A stretch of DNA of 64,000 bases from Thecamonas trahens ATCC 50062 (taxonomy: Eukaryota; Protista; Apusomonadida): contig NW_013657629.1 in the NCBI RefSeq assembly GCF_000142905.1, positions 62,001 to 126,000 on the forward strand, read 5' to 3'. A program made the translations under genes and the position numbers. The notes below the pieces were generated by a model, which did not search any database, was not told where the DNA came from, and was given only the letters and a program-made list of their open reading frames with translations. Below are positions 54,409 through 64,000 of the stretch, in pieces. Within the stretch, counting starts at the first letter, position 1, and the number at the start of each line of letters is the position of its first letter.

Positions 54409-55869
54409 TCAAAACTCGATGACGCACGCCCCGCTCCCCGGTGCAGATGCAAACAGCACGTTTGCTGCCGCGGCCTCGTCGGCGCTCATCCCGTAGTGGC
54501 TCTGGGCGAGATGCTCTAGGAAGCTGTCCAGCTGCGAGTGGGCCACAAGCGAGACGGTGCAGCCACCCCAGCCAGCGCCGGTCAACCGCGCGCCGAGCGC
54601 TCCAGCGGCGCGCGACGAGGCGACAAGCGCATCAAGCTCGGCGCATGAGCAATCGAACAGCTGTGCGCACGATGCATGCGACGCGTCCATGATGCGTCCG
54701 AGCTCGGCAAGCGCGTCGTCGGCTCCCGAGGCGCAAACGGCGCGGAAGTGAGCCACTCGTCGCGCCTCTGAGTACACATGGGTGGCGCGGGCGTGGAGCG
54801 CGAGTCGCGGCTCGTCGGCTGGCACGCCAGCGAGCGCGCCGTTGGCAGCGTAGCCAGCAACTACCTCGGCGGCAGAGAGGTCCAGCATGGCCGCCACCTC
54901 GGCAATCGAGTAGAGCTTGTCCTTGACCAGCGCGTCATCGACAGCCTGCTCTGCTCCAGCCAGGTCAAGCCCGGCGGCGGCGGCGGCGGCGGCGAGGGTG
55001 CGGCAGGCGTCCGGCTCGGCCACGGCGTGGTGGGCAGCCAGGATCCGGGCCGCGAGCCGGGTCTCGACCACGCGCAAGTTGTACTGCGAGTAATACTTGT
55101 TGGCAGCGACCTGCGAGTGGGCAACAACAAAGACAGCATCGGGCGGGAGCGCCACAGGCGTGCCGCGGACCGGATCAAACTCGATGTACAGCGCCGAGCC
55201 CGCCCGAGCCATCATCGAAATGGCCTGGTCCATCCCGCCGCCCTCGACTCCTGTGTACCGCTCTGCGCCCGCAGCCATACTAGCAAACTCTGCCGGGCTG
55301 TACTTGGTCGAGCACCCAAAACCCGCGGCGGCCGCCAGCATCGACGCGCAGACCAGAGCCGACGACGACGAGAGGCCCGAGCCGGGCGGAACCTTGCCGT
55401 CGATCATGACATTGAGCGCGACGCCAAGCGGCTCCTCATCCCGGCTTCCTTCTGCCACCGCGTCAAGCACGCCCTTGTACCCGGCAAACACGTAGTTTGC
55501 CCAAGAGTGCGCGCCCTTGTCCAGCACGGCATCATCAAGCCCGCCGTGAGCGAGCTCCGCCGGCGGATACCTGTCGCCATCGATGTTGGCCACCGAGAAG
55601 ACGAAGCCCTGCCGCGGCTCACCCGCATCACCACCGTCACTTTGTCCAAGCCCGTACGCCACCCGCACGTCATGCGCTAGCGCCATCGGCAGAACGCCGT
55701 AGCCAGAGTAGTCGATGTGCTCACCGATGAGGTTGACCCGTCCGGGCGCAGAGGCCACACCGCTCGGCACAGCCCCGAACGCTGCCTCGTACGCAGCACA
55801 CAGTGCCACCTCACGTTCCTCGTTGGGCGGGTAGCGCGCAGCCATGTGCGGGATGGTTGCCGAGGCCAT
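54409..55869 (-). CDS. Galactokinase / N-acetylgalactosamine kinase (GHMP family)
   Basis: APGRVNLIGEHIDYSGYGVLPMA; PPGSGLSSSSA; GGMDQAIS; YNLRVVE; GARLTGAGWGGC. Confidence 0.95.
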   Translation of the reverse strand: MASATIPHMAARYPPNEEREVALCAAYEAAFGAVPSGVASAPGRVNLIGEHIDYSGYGVLPMALAHDVRVAYGLGQSDGGDAGEPRQGFVFSVANIDGDRYPPAELAHGGLDDAVLDKGAHSWANYVFAGYKGVLDAVAEGSRDEEPLGVALNVMIDGKVPPGSGLSSSSALVCASMLAAAAGFGCSTKYSPAEFASMAAGAERYTGVEGGGMDQAISMMARAGSALYIEFDPVRGTPVALPPDAVFVVAHSQVAANKYYSQYNLRVVETRLAARILAAHHAVAEPDACRTLAAAAAAAGLDLAGAEQAVDDALVKDKLYSIAEVAAMLDLSAAEVVAGYAANGALAGVPADEPRLALHARATHVYSEARRVAHFRAVCASGADDALAELGRIMDASHASCAQLFDCSCAELDALVASSRAAGALGARLTGAGWGGCTVSLVAHSQLDSFLEHLAQSHYGMSADEAAAANVLFASAPGSGACVIEF

Positions 55870-56126
55870 GGGTGTGGTTGTGGAGGTGGGGGGGGGAGAG
55901 ATAGAGAGAGACGTGCGGGAGGGGGGGAGGGCTCGGCACCTGCCGGCCGCAGGAAGAGGTACTAGGCAGTGATCGCAGCCTTGGCAGGCCGCGAGGCCGT
56001 CGGTTCAGAATCGCAGGCTGCTTTACCTGCTGTTGTTCGATGTTCAGTGTACCGTTGGCTGCAGGAGTCAGGCCGGCAAAGCCCCGAGCTGCGGTGAGGA
56101 AGCCGAGGAGCGTAAGCGAGCTGCGG

Positions 56127-56579
56127 CTAGGCCAGGACGGCGAGGACCGCGGCGAGGATGGCGAGGCGAACGACGTGGTACAGGCCATCGATGAAGATGA
56201 GGCCCTTGGGCCGCGACGCAAAGAGGTACGTAACCGAGAGCGAGAAAAAGGCAAAGTAAGTGCCGAGGATGGCGCCGGCCTTGGCAGCCTCCACCGGATC
56301 GGCCTGGACCGAAGCCGGGAGGATGACCTTCAGAGCGGCAGCAGAGAGGATCGAAGTGAGCATGGCCACTGCATACGGCAGAATCGGGTGGCCGTCAGCC
56401 ATGACCTCTTCCATCTTGCGCCCTGGGAACGAGAGGTTGAACCACATGTTGCCAAACAGCAGCGGCGAGTACCACAGTCCGCCGAGCATAAACGCCGTCA
56501 CAGACGCTCCCAGCACCGCACTATCCGACGCCGCATCAACCACAGTCGCCACATCCAGAAGCTTAGCCAGGTCTGCCAT
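56127..56579 (-). CDS. DUF1761-like small membrane protein
   Basis: AFMLGGLWYSPLLFGNMW..YLF..RP...FIDGLY; 4 TM segments. Confidence 0.8.
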   Translation of the reverse strand: MADLAKLLDVATVVDAASDSAVLGASVTAFMLGGLWYSPLLFGNMWFNLSFPGRKMEEVMADGHPILPYAVAMLTSILSAAALKVILPASVQADPVEAAKAGAILGTYFAFFSLSVTYLFASRPKGLIFIDGLYHVVRLAILAAVLAVLA

Positions 56580-57054
56580 GATGGCTTTCTCTGCCGCCCA
56601 TCGCCCTCACCGAGCCGCCGAACCGCACAGGAGTGAGTGTGCCGAAAAAAGGTAAGCAGTGAGGGAAGTGGGCGGGGGGGGGGGGATGGGCAGCGGGAGA
56701 AAGCAGAGGCACAGGTGTGTACATGCGTGTGTGGGTACCGTACCTTGAGAGGGGGAGGGGAGGGAGGTAGGGGAGGAGGGGGAGATGAGTGTGGTACGTT
56801 TGGCTGGGTCTGGGTCTCTCTTTCTCCCTCCCCGCTTGGTAGAGACACCTCGCCTGCGTCGCCGTGCGGGGTGGAGACCGTTTGGAAGGCGAGCGGCGGA
56901 AAAAGGTCGTGGTTTCGGCCGACTTTGGGCGGTGCCAAAGGCTTGTTTTTAGACTGGCCCGGCGCCATACGGCTCACCAGCACCAGCCAAGGGGCGTGTA
57001 CTTGGCTCGCTCAAACTGCACTGCGGCAGAGCAGAGTGGAGTATCAGGCTGGCT

Positions 57055-57880
57055 ATGAGCTCGCGGGTGATGATGCTGGTGGTCCTGGTAGTGGTGGCTC
57101 TGGTGGCGCTGGGGGCGTGCTCAAGCGCCTCAGCCGCTACCCTTCGACTTGCCAACATCGGCTACTCTCGCGGCGATGACGTCGTAGCTCCCGCACCGCC
57201 ATACACAAACGGAGTAGGTGGTGCTACAGAGAGGGGGAGGGGTGTGGTGTGCGGGGTGCGGGGCAGGGGGGGGCGGGGGGCGGTGAAGGCTGGCTGCCCC
57301 GTGATGGACTCACGCAGGGCGCGGGCGACTGTTGCAGTTCCGTGGCCTCGGCGCCATGGCTGCGGGCCGCAACGAGCGCGCTTGTGGCTCGGGCAACACA
57401 CCGGCGATTGATCTTTATAGGGCGCGAGTTGCTCGGCTGCCGGACGATGCTGACGCTAAGGTCTTTGACGCAGCCGTCGTCTGGTTCGAGGTTGCCGAGT
57501 GCGAGGCTAGCGGCTCGGTCCGGGCCGTCATGGCGCTTGCCAACGGGCCGCAGAGCGATCCCGACTATGCCAACCGCACCGATCTGGCTGTCGTTGGTAC
57601 CGCCGGCGATGTTATACCGGCAGCATGCGGCTCGGGCGCCAACGGCAACATCACCTTTACGCTGCCGTCCGACACACTGCTCGGCCCGTACACGCTCCAA
57701 ATCGAGTACACCTACACGCCGCCCACCTCCACCAACGGCACTGCCCCGCCACCGACCGTCATCATCCAGTGTGCCGATGTGACGGTGGACAAGTTCAAGT
57801 CTGCTGCATCCGCCCTCGCGCCCTCCGTCTCGGCCACTCTTCTCCTTGCCCTCACCCTTGCCATCACCCTATCGATCTAG
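57055..57880 (+). CDS. Secreted GPI-type protein with LPMO-like (X325/Bim1-type) beta-sandwich features; 2 exons
   Basis: Signal peptide; probable intron 57214-57337 (boundaries uncertain); ACG...YTLQIEY...IIQCADVTV; hydrophobic C-terminus. Confidence 0.6.
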
Positions 57881-58124
57881 CCGCACCTCGCGTACCCCAT
57901 CCCCCATCCACTGCCCAATAGCATAATCCAGCTCTGAGCCTCACTTTCTTCAAATCGTGCGAACTGACAAGCCCTCTAGACACAGCAGCAGCCGTGGCGG
58001 GGCGAGGCGACTCTGTCTGGCTTCGATCCCTCCGCTCTCTCTCCCTCTCCCCTCTCCCTCACCTCGCCCGATCCTTCCTCCCTCACCTCTCTCTCTATTC
58101 CCTCACCCCCGCCCGCATCTTGCC

Positions 58125-59086
58125 ATGCCACTGATTACCATGTGCGGGCGACCAGTGACGGGCAAGAGCCGACGTGCGGCCGAGATGGCGGCGTATCTTG
58201 CCGAAGCCGTGCCCGACGTCCGGGTGGTCACCGTCTCGGCCGAGTCCTTGGGCCTCGACAAGGCCGCGTGCTACGCAGGTAAGGGGAAAGAGGGGGGGGG
58301 GGGAGGAGGGGGAAAGGCAGGGGGAGGACGTGACTCATGACGGTGGTGTGGCGCTTGGTATTGGGTGTGTGGACGGGCATGCGGGCGGGTTGTGTGTGGA
58401 CAGAGCCGAGCGCAGAGAAGACGCTGCGAGCTGAGTTCAAGGCGGCGGTGGAGAGGGAGATCGGGCCGGGCGTGGTGGTCATCTGTGACTCGCTTAACTA
58501 TATCAAGGGCTTTCGGTACGAGCTGTACTGTGATGCCAAGGCGCAGCGGACGCCTAGCTGTGTGGTGTGGTGCGACACGGCCGATGAGCTTGCAGAGGGC
58601 TGGAACGATGACGCTGGGCTAGCCGGCGCCCCCAGGTACTCGCATGAGCTCTTCGACGACCTCTGGATGCGGTTCGAAGAGCCGAACGGTCGCAAGCGGT
58701 GGGATAAGCCTCTGTTTGTTGTCGGCCCGGACGACGAGCTCCCGGCCGCAGCCATCACCGCCTGGCTCCTCGAGTCCAAGCCGGTCAAGCCGAACGAGTC
58801 GACCCAGTCGGCGCCGCGGGCCGCCTCGTCGTTTGTCACTGCCCTAGATGGCCTCACCCGCTCAGTCGTCGACGCTGTGTTGGCCTGGGCGGCAGCTGGT
58901 GGCCTTCCGGGAGATCCGATCCTCCTCGACGGCGGCGTCCGCATCATCCTCAAGCGCAAAGTCACTCCGGCCGAGATCCGCCGCGCCCGCAAGCAGTACC
59001 TCAAGCTCGCCGGCATGACTCCGCCACCGGCCGACGCCATCATCGCTTCGTTTGCCGACTTTCTCGCCTCAACCATCAACGGATGA
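58125..59086 (+). CDS. KTI12: KTI12 homologue (Elongator-associated P-loop protein); 2 exons
   Basis: MPLITMCGRPVTGKS; intron 58279-58403 (GTAAGG...ACAG); VICDSLNYIKGFRYELYC.AK; RFEEPNGRKRWDKPLF. Confidence 0.95.
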
Positions 59087-59414
59087 TGATGCCAACACCA
59101 GAGCCCTACAAGCGGCCGTGTTGGATCGCAGCGAGAACTCGATCAAGAACACAACCGTGCATCATCTCCCCCCTGACCGATAGAAGAGCACGAAGAGCAC
59201 TCGATGGCCCGGGGGGGGGGGGTGGGGGAGGTGAGGTGAGGCGAGGGAGCAGACAGGTGAATGAGAGCAACATTGCACGCATGCACAACAAGCGGCGGTC
59301 AAGTGCCAGCAGCAGCCAGCAGCCGCCGCCGTCGCTGGGTGAGCAGCACCGACATCGACTCCTCTCGACAGGGCAGGGTATTGAGAGCTAGCTAGCTATC
59401 GAGCGAGCGAGCGA

Positions 59415-61253
59415 ATGGAGCGAACGAGCAGCGCATACCGCACAGCATCGAGAGCGGAGAAGGGACTTGCGCTGCGGAATAGACAGCAGAGTGATGGTGG
59501 TGGTGGTGGCGAGCGGGAGGACCAACGTGGCCGGCCTGCTCCCCTCCCGCCAGCACTCCTTGGCCTCTGCTGCGTAGCTCTTGTACTCTTTGGTGCTGCA
59601 GACCGAATCTCCTTCAAGCTCATGGCAGATGCAATGCCCCACTATGTGGTACGACCTGGTGGGTGAAGGGGAAGGGGAGGGGGGGAAGGAGGAGGGAGGG
59701 GGGGGGGGCGGTGACCCGGCGGGGGATGGCAAAGACCATCCGCACGCGCAGGTGCTGGCTTGTTGTCTCCGAGGGCGATGGTGGGCAGCGATGGGCAGAA
59801 AGGCAGAGACAATGGCTCACTGGCATGGGTGATGGGTTGTGTATGTGTATGTGTGTGTGTATGTATGTGTGTATGTGTGTATGTGTGTGTGTGTGTATGT
59901 GTGTGAGTGGTCCGACAGTACTTTCTCCATCAGCTGACCATGCTCGTCTACATTGCTGCTTTCTTCACCCCGGTCATCCTCGGTGGTGAGCTCCGGGCGG
60001 TGAGCTGGCCGCTGTTGCGCAAGTTTGCCGTCATGGGCGGCATCGACTGCTGCTGTACGCTCATCGTCATTATGGCTGCCCCGCACGTGGCTGGACCGGT
60101 GCAAATCCTGCTGATGCAGGGCGTGCTGCCGGCTACCCTCCTCGCCACACGCATTGCCTTTGGTCGTCGCTATCTCTGGGTCCACTACCTCGGCGCAGCC
60201 ATCATTGTCATCGGCATTCTATTTTCCATCCTCGACCCATCGACCGACGATCACGCGGCCAGGTCGGGCTCGAAGCCGTCGTCGGCGTCGAACGAGCCGC
60301 AGAGCCACAGGATGGCTATTGTGTGGGGCCTATTCTTCTTCTCGTTCAACATTCCCGCCGCCATCTCGTCAGTGTACAAGGAGTGGGTGTTCAAGACGTC
60401 CGAGACGGAGATCTCCATCAACCTCCTCAACGCCTGGGTCTCGTTCTTCCAGTTCTTCTTTGGCCTTCTCTTTGTGCCTGTGGTGGCGCCGCTGGAGGAC
60501 ACGGCGTTTAGCGACATTCCGGCCAACTTTGGCGACGGCGCCGTCTGCCTCTTTGCCCATCGCGAGAACCGATCGGGCGACTACTGCGCGGGCTACACCA
60601 CCATCGTTGTCTTTCTCTGCCTCTTTTGCAACGTGGCGTGGAACGTGTTCATCCTGCTCATCATCAAGAATGCCACGGCAAGCCTCATGTTTGTGGCCAA
60701 CACGCTCACCATTCCGCTGGCCAATCTCGGCTTTGCCGTCCCGTTTGTGGTCGCCGGCGGGCCGACGCCGCGGTCGCGCATCACGTGGGAGGGCATCATG
60801 GCGCTGGTAGTCACGCTTGCCGGCCTCGCGGTGTACCAGACCAAGGCCGAGCCCGAAGACGAGGCCACTGCGCCGTCGCCGCCGCCGCCCAAGGACCACG
60901 TCAACACGCCGCTGCTCGCTCCGTCGGCGTCGCCGCTTCCGCTGCCGCCGGCATTGGGCGGCTCGATCAACGCGTCGTCGACCGCGCCACGCGCCATTGG
61001 CTTTGGCGGCACCCCGTCGCCGAGCGCAAACATTATCGCCTCGCCGCTCCTGGTCCCGTCGCCGTCGGGCCACACCCGGACTTCCTCCTCGGTCGTCGCC
61101 CGCTCGTTTGGCACGCGCTTTGGCGGCGCTTCCTTCACGGGCCTCCGCATGGCCTCTACGCCGACCTCGGGCCACATCGGCGTTACTGGTGCAACGCCCG
61201 GCTCGCCCGGCGACGCTGTCTGGCGGCCTGGCCGCACCTACTCGCAGTTCTAG
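59415..61253 (+). CDS. CRT-like (chloroquine-resistance transporter-like, DMT superfamily) transporter; 2 exons
   Basis: Exon1 59415-59648 (DRISFKL..AMPHY), intron 59649-59918, then YFLHQL..KFAVMGGID..LLMQ..P..RY...HYLGA; AISSVYKE.VF; LNAWVSFFQ; DGAVCLF...C; NVAWNV. Confidence 0.88.
59838..59906 (+). repeat. (TG)n/(TATGTG)n intronic microsatellite
   Basis: Directly visible in the CRT-like intron. Confidence 0.9.
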
Positions 61254-61573
61254 TCCATCCACAGCCGTACACCTGTAATACCCGTCCTGAGAATCTCGCC
61301 AACTATGAGCAACCTCACTACCTTCACACCTCCCCCTCTCCCTCCTTTTTTTTCTCTATTTTTTTCCCCCGCCCCTCCAGCCGGGGCTCGTGCCCAGAAA
61401 AAAGCGGCACCGCTTGCCACAGGCACGGGCACAACCTCCGCCACCCTTCCCGGACCCGGACGACCCCCCCCTCCCCCCTCCACCCCTGTCACCCTCTCCA
61501 CACCGACAGCGACTCGCACTCGCACCACAGGTCACTTGTCTAGCACGTACCCATCCGTGTGGAGGAGACAGGC

Positions 61574-63481
61574 ATGCAGGCCATGCATGTCTACCTCCAC
61601 ATTGTCTGTGGCTATGCGGCGTCAGGCAAGACGGCCGTCATTGCTGCCGCACGAGGCAAGCAGCATGCGGGGGATGGTGGAGGTGCGGGTGGCGAAGATG
61701 GTGCTGGTGGCGGACGAGCTGGTGCTGGTGGCGGACGAGCTGGTGCTGGTGGCGGACGAGCTGGTGCTGGTGGCGGGCAAGTTGGTGCTGGTGGCGGAGG
61801 GCGGAGACTGGGCGGAGGGCTGACACAGGACGGACATCCGACGGCAGTCGACTCGCGACGCGCTCCTTCGGCTTCGGATCGCCCCGAGGCCGACATTCTC
61901 CTCGCGCCGCCGCCAGAAGCCCATCAGTCGGCCCCGCCGCGGACGGTGCACGATGCTGTGCTAGATGCGCTGCTGGGGGCGCTCAAGGCTGCGGCGGGTG
62001 AAAGTGAGTCCGAGTCGGCCTCTGACGCCGGCTGGTCCTCGTCGCTCTCGCGGTTTGCCACAGAGAGGTCCACCCGCCGCTGGCGGGAGGACTCGAGCTC
62101 GGGCTCGAGTTCGCCGCAGTCGCCGTCGGGCTCGGGCTCTAGCGCCGCACCGTCGTCGGTTCGTGGCGCACTGGGGATACTTCCATCGGCGAGTGACTGC
62201 CGCCGCGATGGCATGTCGCCCGTTCTTGGCTCTTTTGTGTATGCCAGCCCAGCCGATAGCTCGGACTTTCGCCATGTCTGGCTCGAGTGGACTGGCGTGG
62301 TCCCGCCCGAGCTCCGCGCCCGGCTCCTCCGCCTTCCCCTTACCATGCCGCATCTTGTGGCGTCGATGACGGTCGAGCTCATCGCTGTCGTCGACCTCGT
62401 CGAGCTGGCGTACGTCTACGTCCGCGGCGCCGATGACCACGAGGAAGGTAGTAGTGCTTTGACGCGCCGCAGCCCGCTGGCCGGCTATGGCGTTTCGACG
62501 ACGCAGGACCCACAGCTTGCCGACGTACTGGCTCTGGTCGCTGTGGCTGACACAGTGGTGGTGACCAAGAGCGACGTGCTTGGCGCCCAGAACCCGGCGC
62601 AGGGCCTTGTTGGCGTTGTGCAGGAGCTCCGCGGTAGTCCGGCATCACTCTTCACCTTGGTGCCTGTGCCAGGTGGCGGCCACGGCCAGCTAGTCCCGTT
62701 CGACGGCGACGCCGCAGGGCCGCCACCGCTGGTTCCATACCTCGCCTTCCGCGAGTTTAACTCGAACGTCGTAGCGCTCCGCTTCCGCCTCCCGCCGCTG
62801 CCCGAGGCGGCTCACGGCAAAGCACCGCCGTCACCATCGGACGCTCGCCGCCGCGGGCGGGTTGTCATCACCGCGCGGTTCACCCGGTGGCTCCGCGCTG
62901 CAACCACCCGCGCGCCTGAGCCCAGCTCCTCCGCTCCGCCGCAGATATTCTCGGTCACAGCCCTCGTCGCTTCAACCGCGCTTCCTGGCTCGGCCTGGCT
63001 AGTCGTGGCCCAGGGCGAGGAGGTTGTCCGCATCACCGAGGTCGCCTTTGCCGACGGCGCCTGGGACGCACTCCGGATCGGCGGCACCCAGATCGGCGGC
63101 GTCGTGGTCGTCCGCGGCTGGCATTGTACCTCAGCCGGCCTGCAAGAGGCATGGCGTGCCACCCGTGATGACGACTCTCAGCCACTCCTTGAGCTGTACG
63201 TCGTCTCCGACGTTGGCTCCTTGCAGATCCTCGCCGACCTTGGCGTCTACCTCGCCATGGCCGCCACCGCCGCCGTCCTCATCGCGCCGCGCAAGGTCAT
63301 CGGTTTGCTTGGCCCCACCGCGTCGGCCAGCCTCGCCTCGGTTGAAGCCTCACTCCCGCTTCTCTCCACCCTTATCGACAAGCCTGGTGCTGCTCTCTTT
63401 GCCCTCCTCCTCACCATTCTCCTTTTCCACCTCATCTCCATCGTCGCAGAAGTCCTCATCCAGCGCCGTCGTGCCACATGA
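61574..63481 (+). CDS. Degenerate CobW/COG0523-like P-loop protein with C-terminal membrane helices
   Basis: HIVCGYAASGKT (Walker A), VWLEWTGVVPP (ExxG), IAVVD, ADTVVVTKSD (NKxD-like), CobW_C-like region, two hydrophobic C-terminal segments. Confidence 0.62.
   Translation: MQAMHVYLHIVCGYAASGKTAVIAAARGKQHAGDGGGAGGEDGAGGGRAGAGGGRAGAGGGRAGAGGGQVGAGGGGRRLGGGLTQDGHPTAVDSRRAPSASDRPEADILLAPPPEAHQSAPPRTVHDAVLDALLGALKAAAGESESESASDAGWSSSLSRFATERSTRRWREDSSSGSSSPQSPSGSGSSAAPSSVRGALGILPSASDCRRDGMSPVLGSFVYASPADSSDFRHVWLEWTGVVPPELRARLLRLPLTMPHLVASMTVELIAVVDLVELAYVYVRGADDHEEGSSALTRRSPLAGYGVSTTQDPQLADVLALVAVADTVVVTKSDVLGAQNPAQGLVGVVQELRGSPASLFTLVPVPGGGHGQLVPFDGDAAGPPPLVPYLAFREFNSNVVALRFRLPPLPEAAHGKAPPSPSDARRRGRVVITARFTRWLRAATTRAPEPSSSAPPQIFSVTALVASTALPGSAWLVVAQGEEVVRITEVAFADGAWDALRIGGTQIGGVVVVRGWHCTSAGLQEAWRATRDDDSQPLLELYVVSDVGSLQILADLGVYLAMAATAAVLIAPRKVIGLLGPTASASLASVEASLPLLSTLIDKPGAALFALLLTILLFHLISIVAEVLIQRRRAT
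61699..61800 (+). repeat. In-frame 21-bp tandem repeat (GGTGCTGGTGGCGGACGAGCT) encoding GAGGGRA
   Basis: About 4.5 copies inside the CobW-like ORF. Confidence 0.85.
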
Positions 63482-63730
63482 GATGGACTTACCGTGTCCG
63501 ATCCAAGCGCCGGACACCCCAGCAAAGCCCACACATTGTATGGCTCCCGTCTCTCTCTCTCTCTCCCCCCCACCCCTTCCCCTCCCAAAGCTGTTGCCAA
63601 GCCGCCCAGCCGGGCAACCAGCCACCGAGCAACCGGCCAAACTGCCACCGTCCCCGTCACCCGCCCCCCCCCCCCCCCCCTCCCCCCCCCACACAGACAC
63701 ACACCACACCACCCTACTCCACCGACGTCC

Positions 63731-64000
63731 ATGGTCAAGCTGGGCACAGCACGTGCCAGACGGGACGAGGCAGATGGAGCAGTGGACGTGCTCGTCTCCC
63801 ACCTGGCTGCCGGGTTGGCCTCGGCTGCCTTTGCCGACATGGAGCTCTCCTCTCGCCTGGGTGACATCGGTGACGTCCTCACTCCGCTCTTTGTCCCCTC
63901 CATCGCACCCATCCGCCCGACTGCCACCATCGCCACGACCGCCACCACGGCCAGTACCGGCACTACTGCTGCCGCCACGAATGCTGCCGTTGCTGCCGTC
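63731..64000 (+). CDS. Hypothetical protein, 5' part only (runs off the window)
   Basis: CCATGG start, open to the window end (MVKLGTARARRDEADG...) with typical C-ending codons. Confidence 0.55.
   Translation, partial: MVKLGTARARRDEADGAVDVLVSHLAAGLASAAFADMELSSRLGDIGDVLTPLFVPSIAPIRPTATIATTATTASTGTTAAATNAAVAAV

Noticed and set aside
61655-61828. Gly-rich repeat in the CobW-like gene as an intron
   Set aside because: A CTGAC..CAG acceptor exists, but the candidate donors I found are in a different phase, so it was left as coding.
1-64000. tRNA, rRNA, transposon or telomeric arrays
   Set aside because: No cloverleaf, rRNA-like sequence, transposase/RT motifs, terminal inverted repeats or (TTAGGG)n were recognised by eye; a covariance-model scan would be needed to exclude small RNAs.

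Overview
A GC-rich, gene-dense, intron-poor eukaryotic (protist) window with about 30 protein-coding genes, short GT-AG introns full of simple repeats, and one N gap. The style suggests an apusomonad such as Thecamonas trahens, but that is inference only. Recognisable genes: an ankyrin-Rh ammonium transporter fusion, prohibitin, glutathionyl-hydroquinone reductase, NADP-glutamate dehydrogenase, CASP/COY1 golgin, a three-Myb RAP1 homologue head-to-head with MAD2, a cortexillin-like CH protein, PAC4, a heme-oxygenase-like diiron enzyme, two tandem Cys-rich GPI-type paralogues, a GluR0-like glutamate receptor with a TVGYGD K+ filter, a CLC channel, a (6-4) photolyase/cryptochrome, a divergent type-1 rhodopsin, a galactokinase-family enzyme, KTI12, a CRT-like transporter and a degenerate CobW-like protein. 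The most notable locus is the unusual rhodopsin (D-A-Q motif, W86Y) transcribed divergently from the photolyase/cryptochrome, with a K+-filter iGluR and a CLC channel within 10 kb. Six single-base frameshifts all sit in homopolymers and are probably sequencing errors. I found no rRNA, tRNA, CRISPR array or transposase. Gene models and family calls were made by hand, without database searches.
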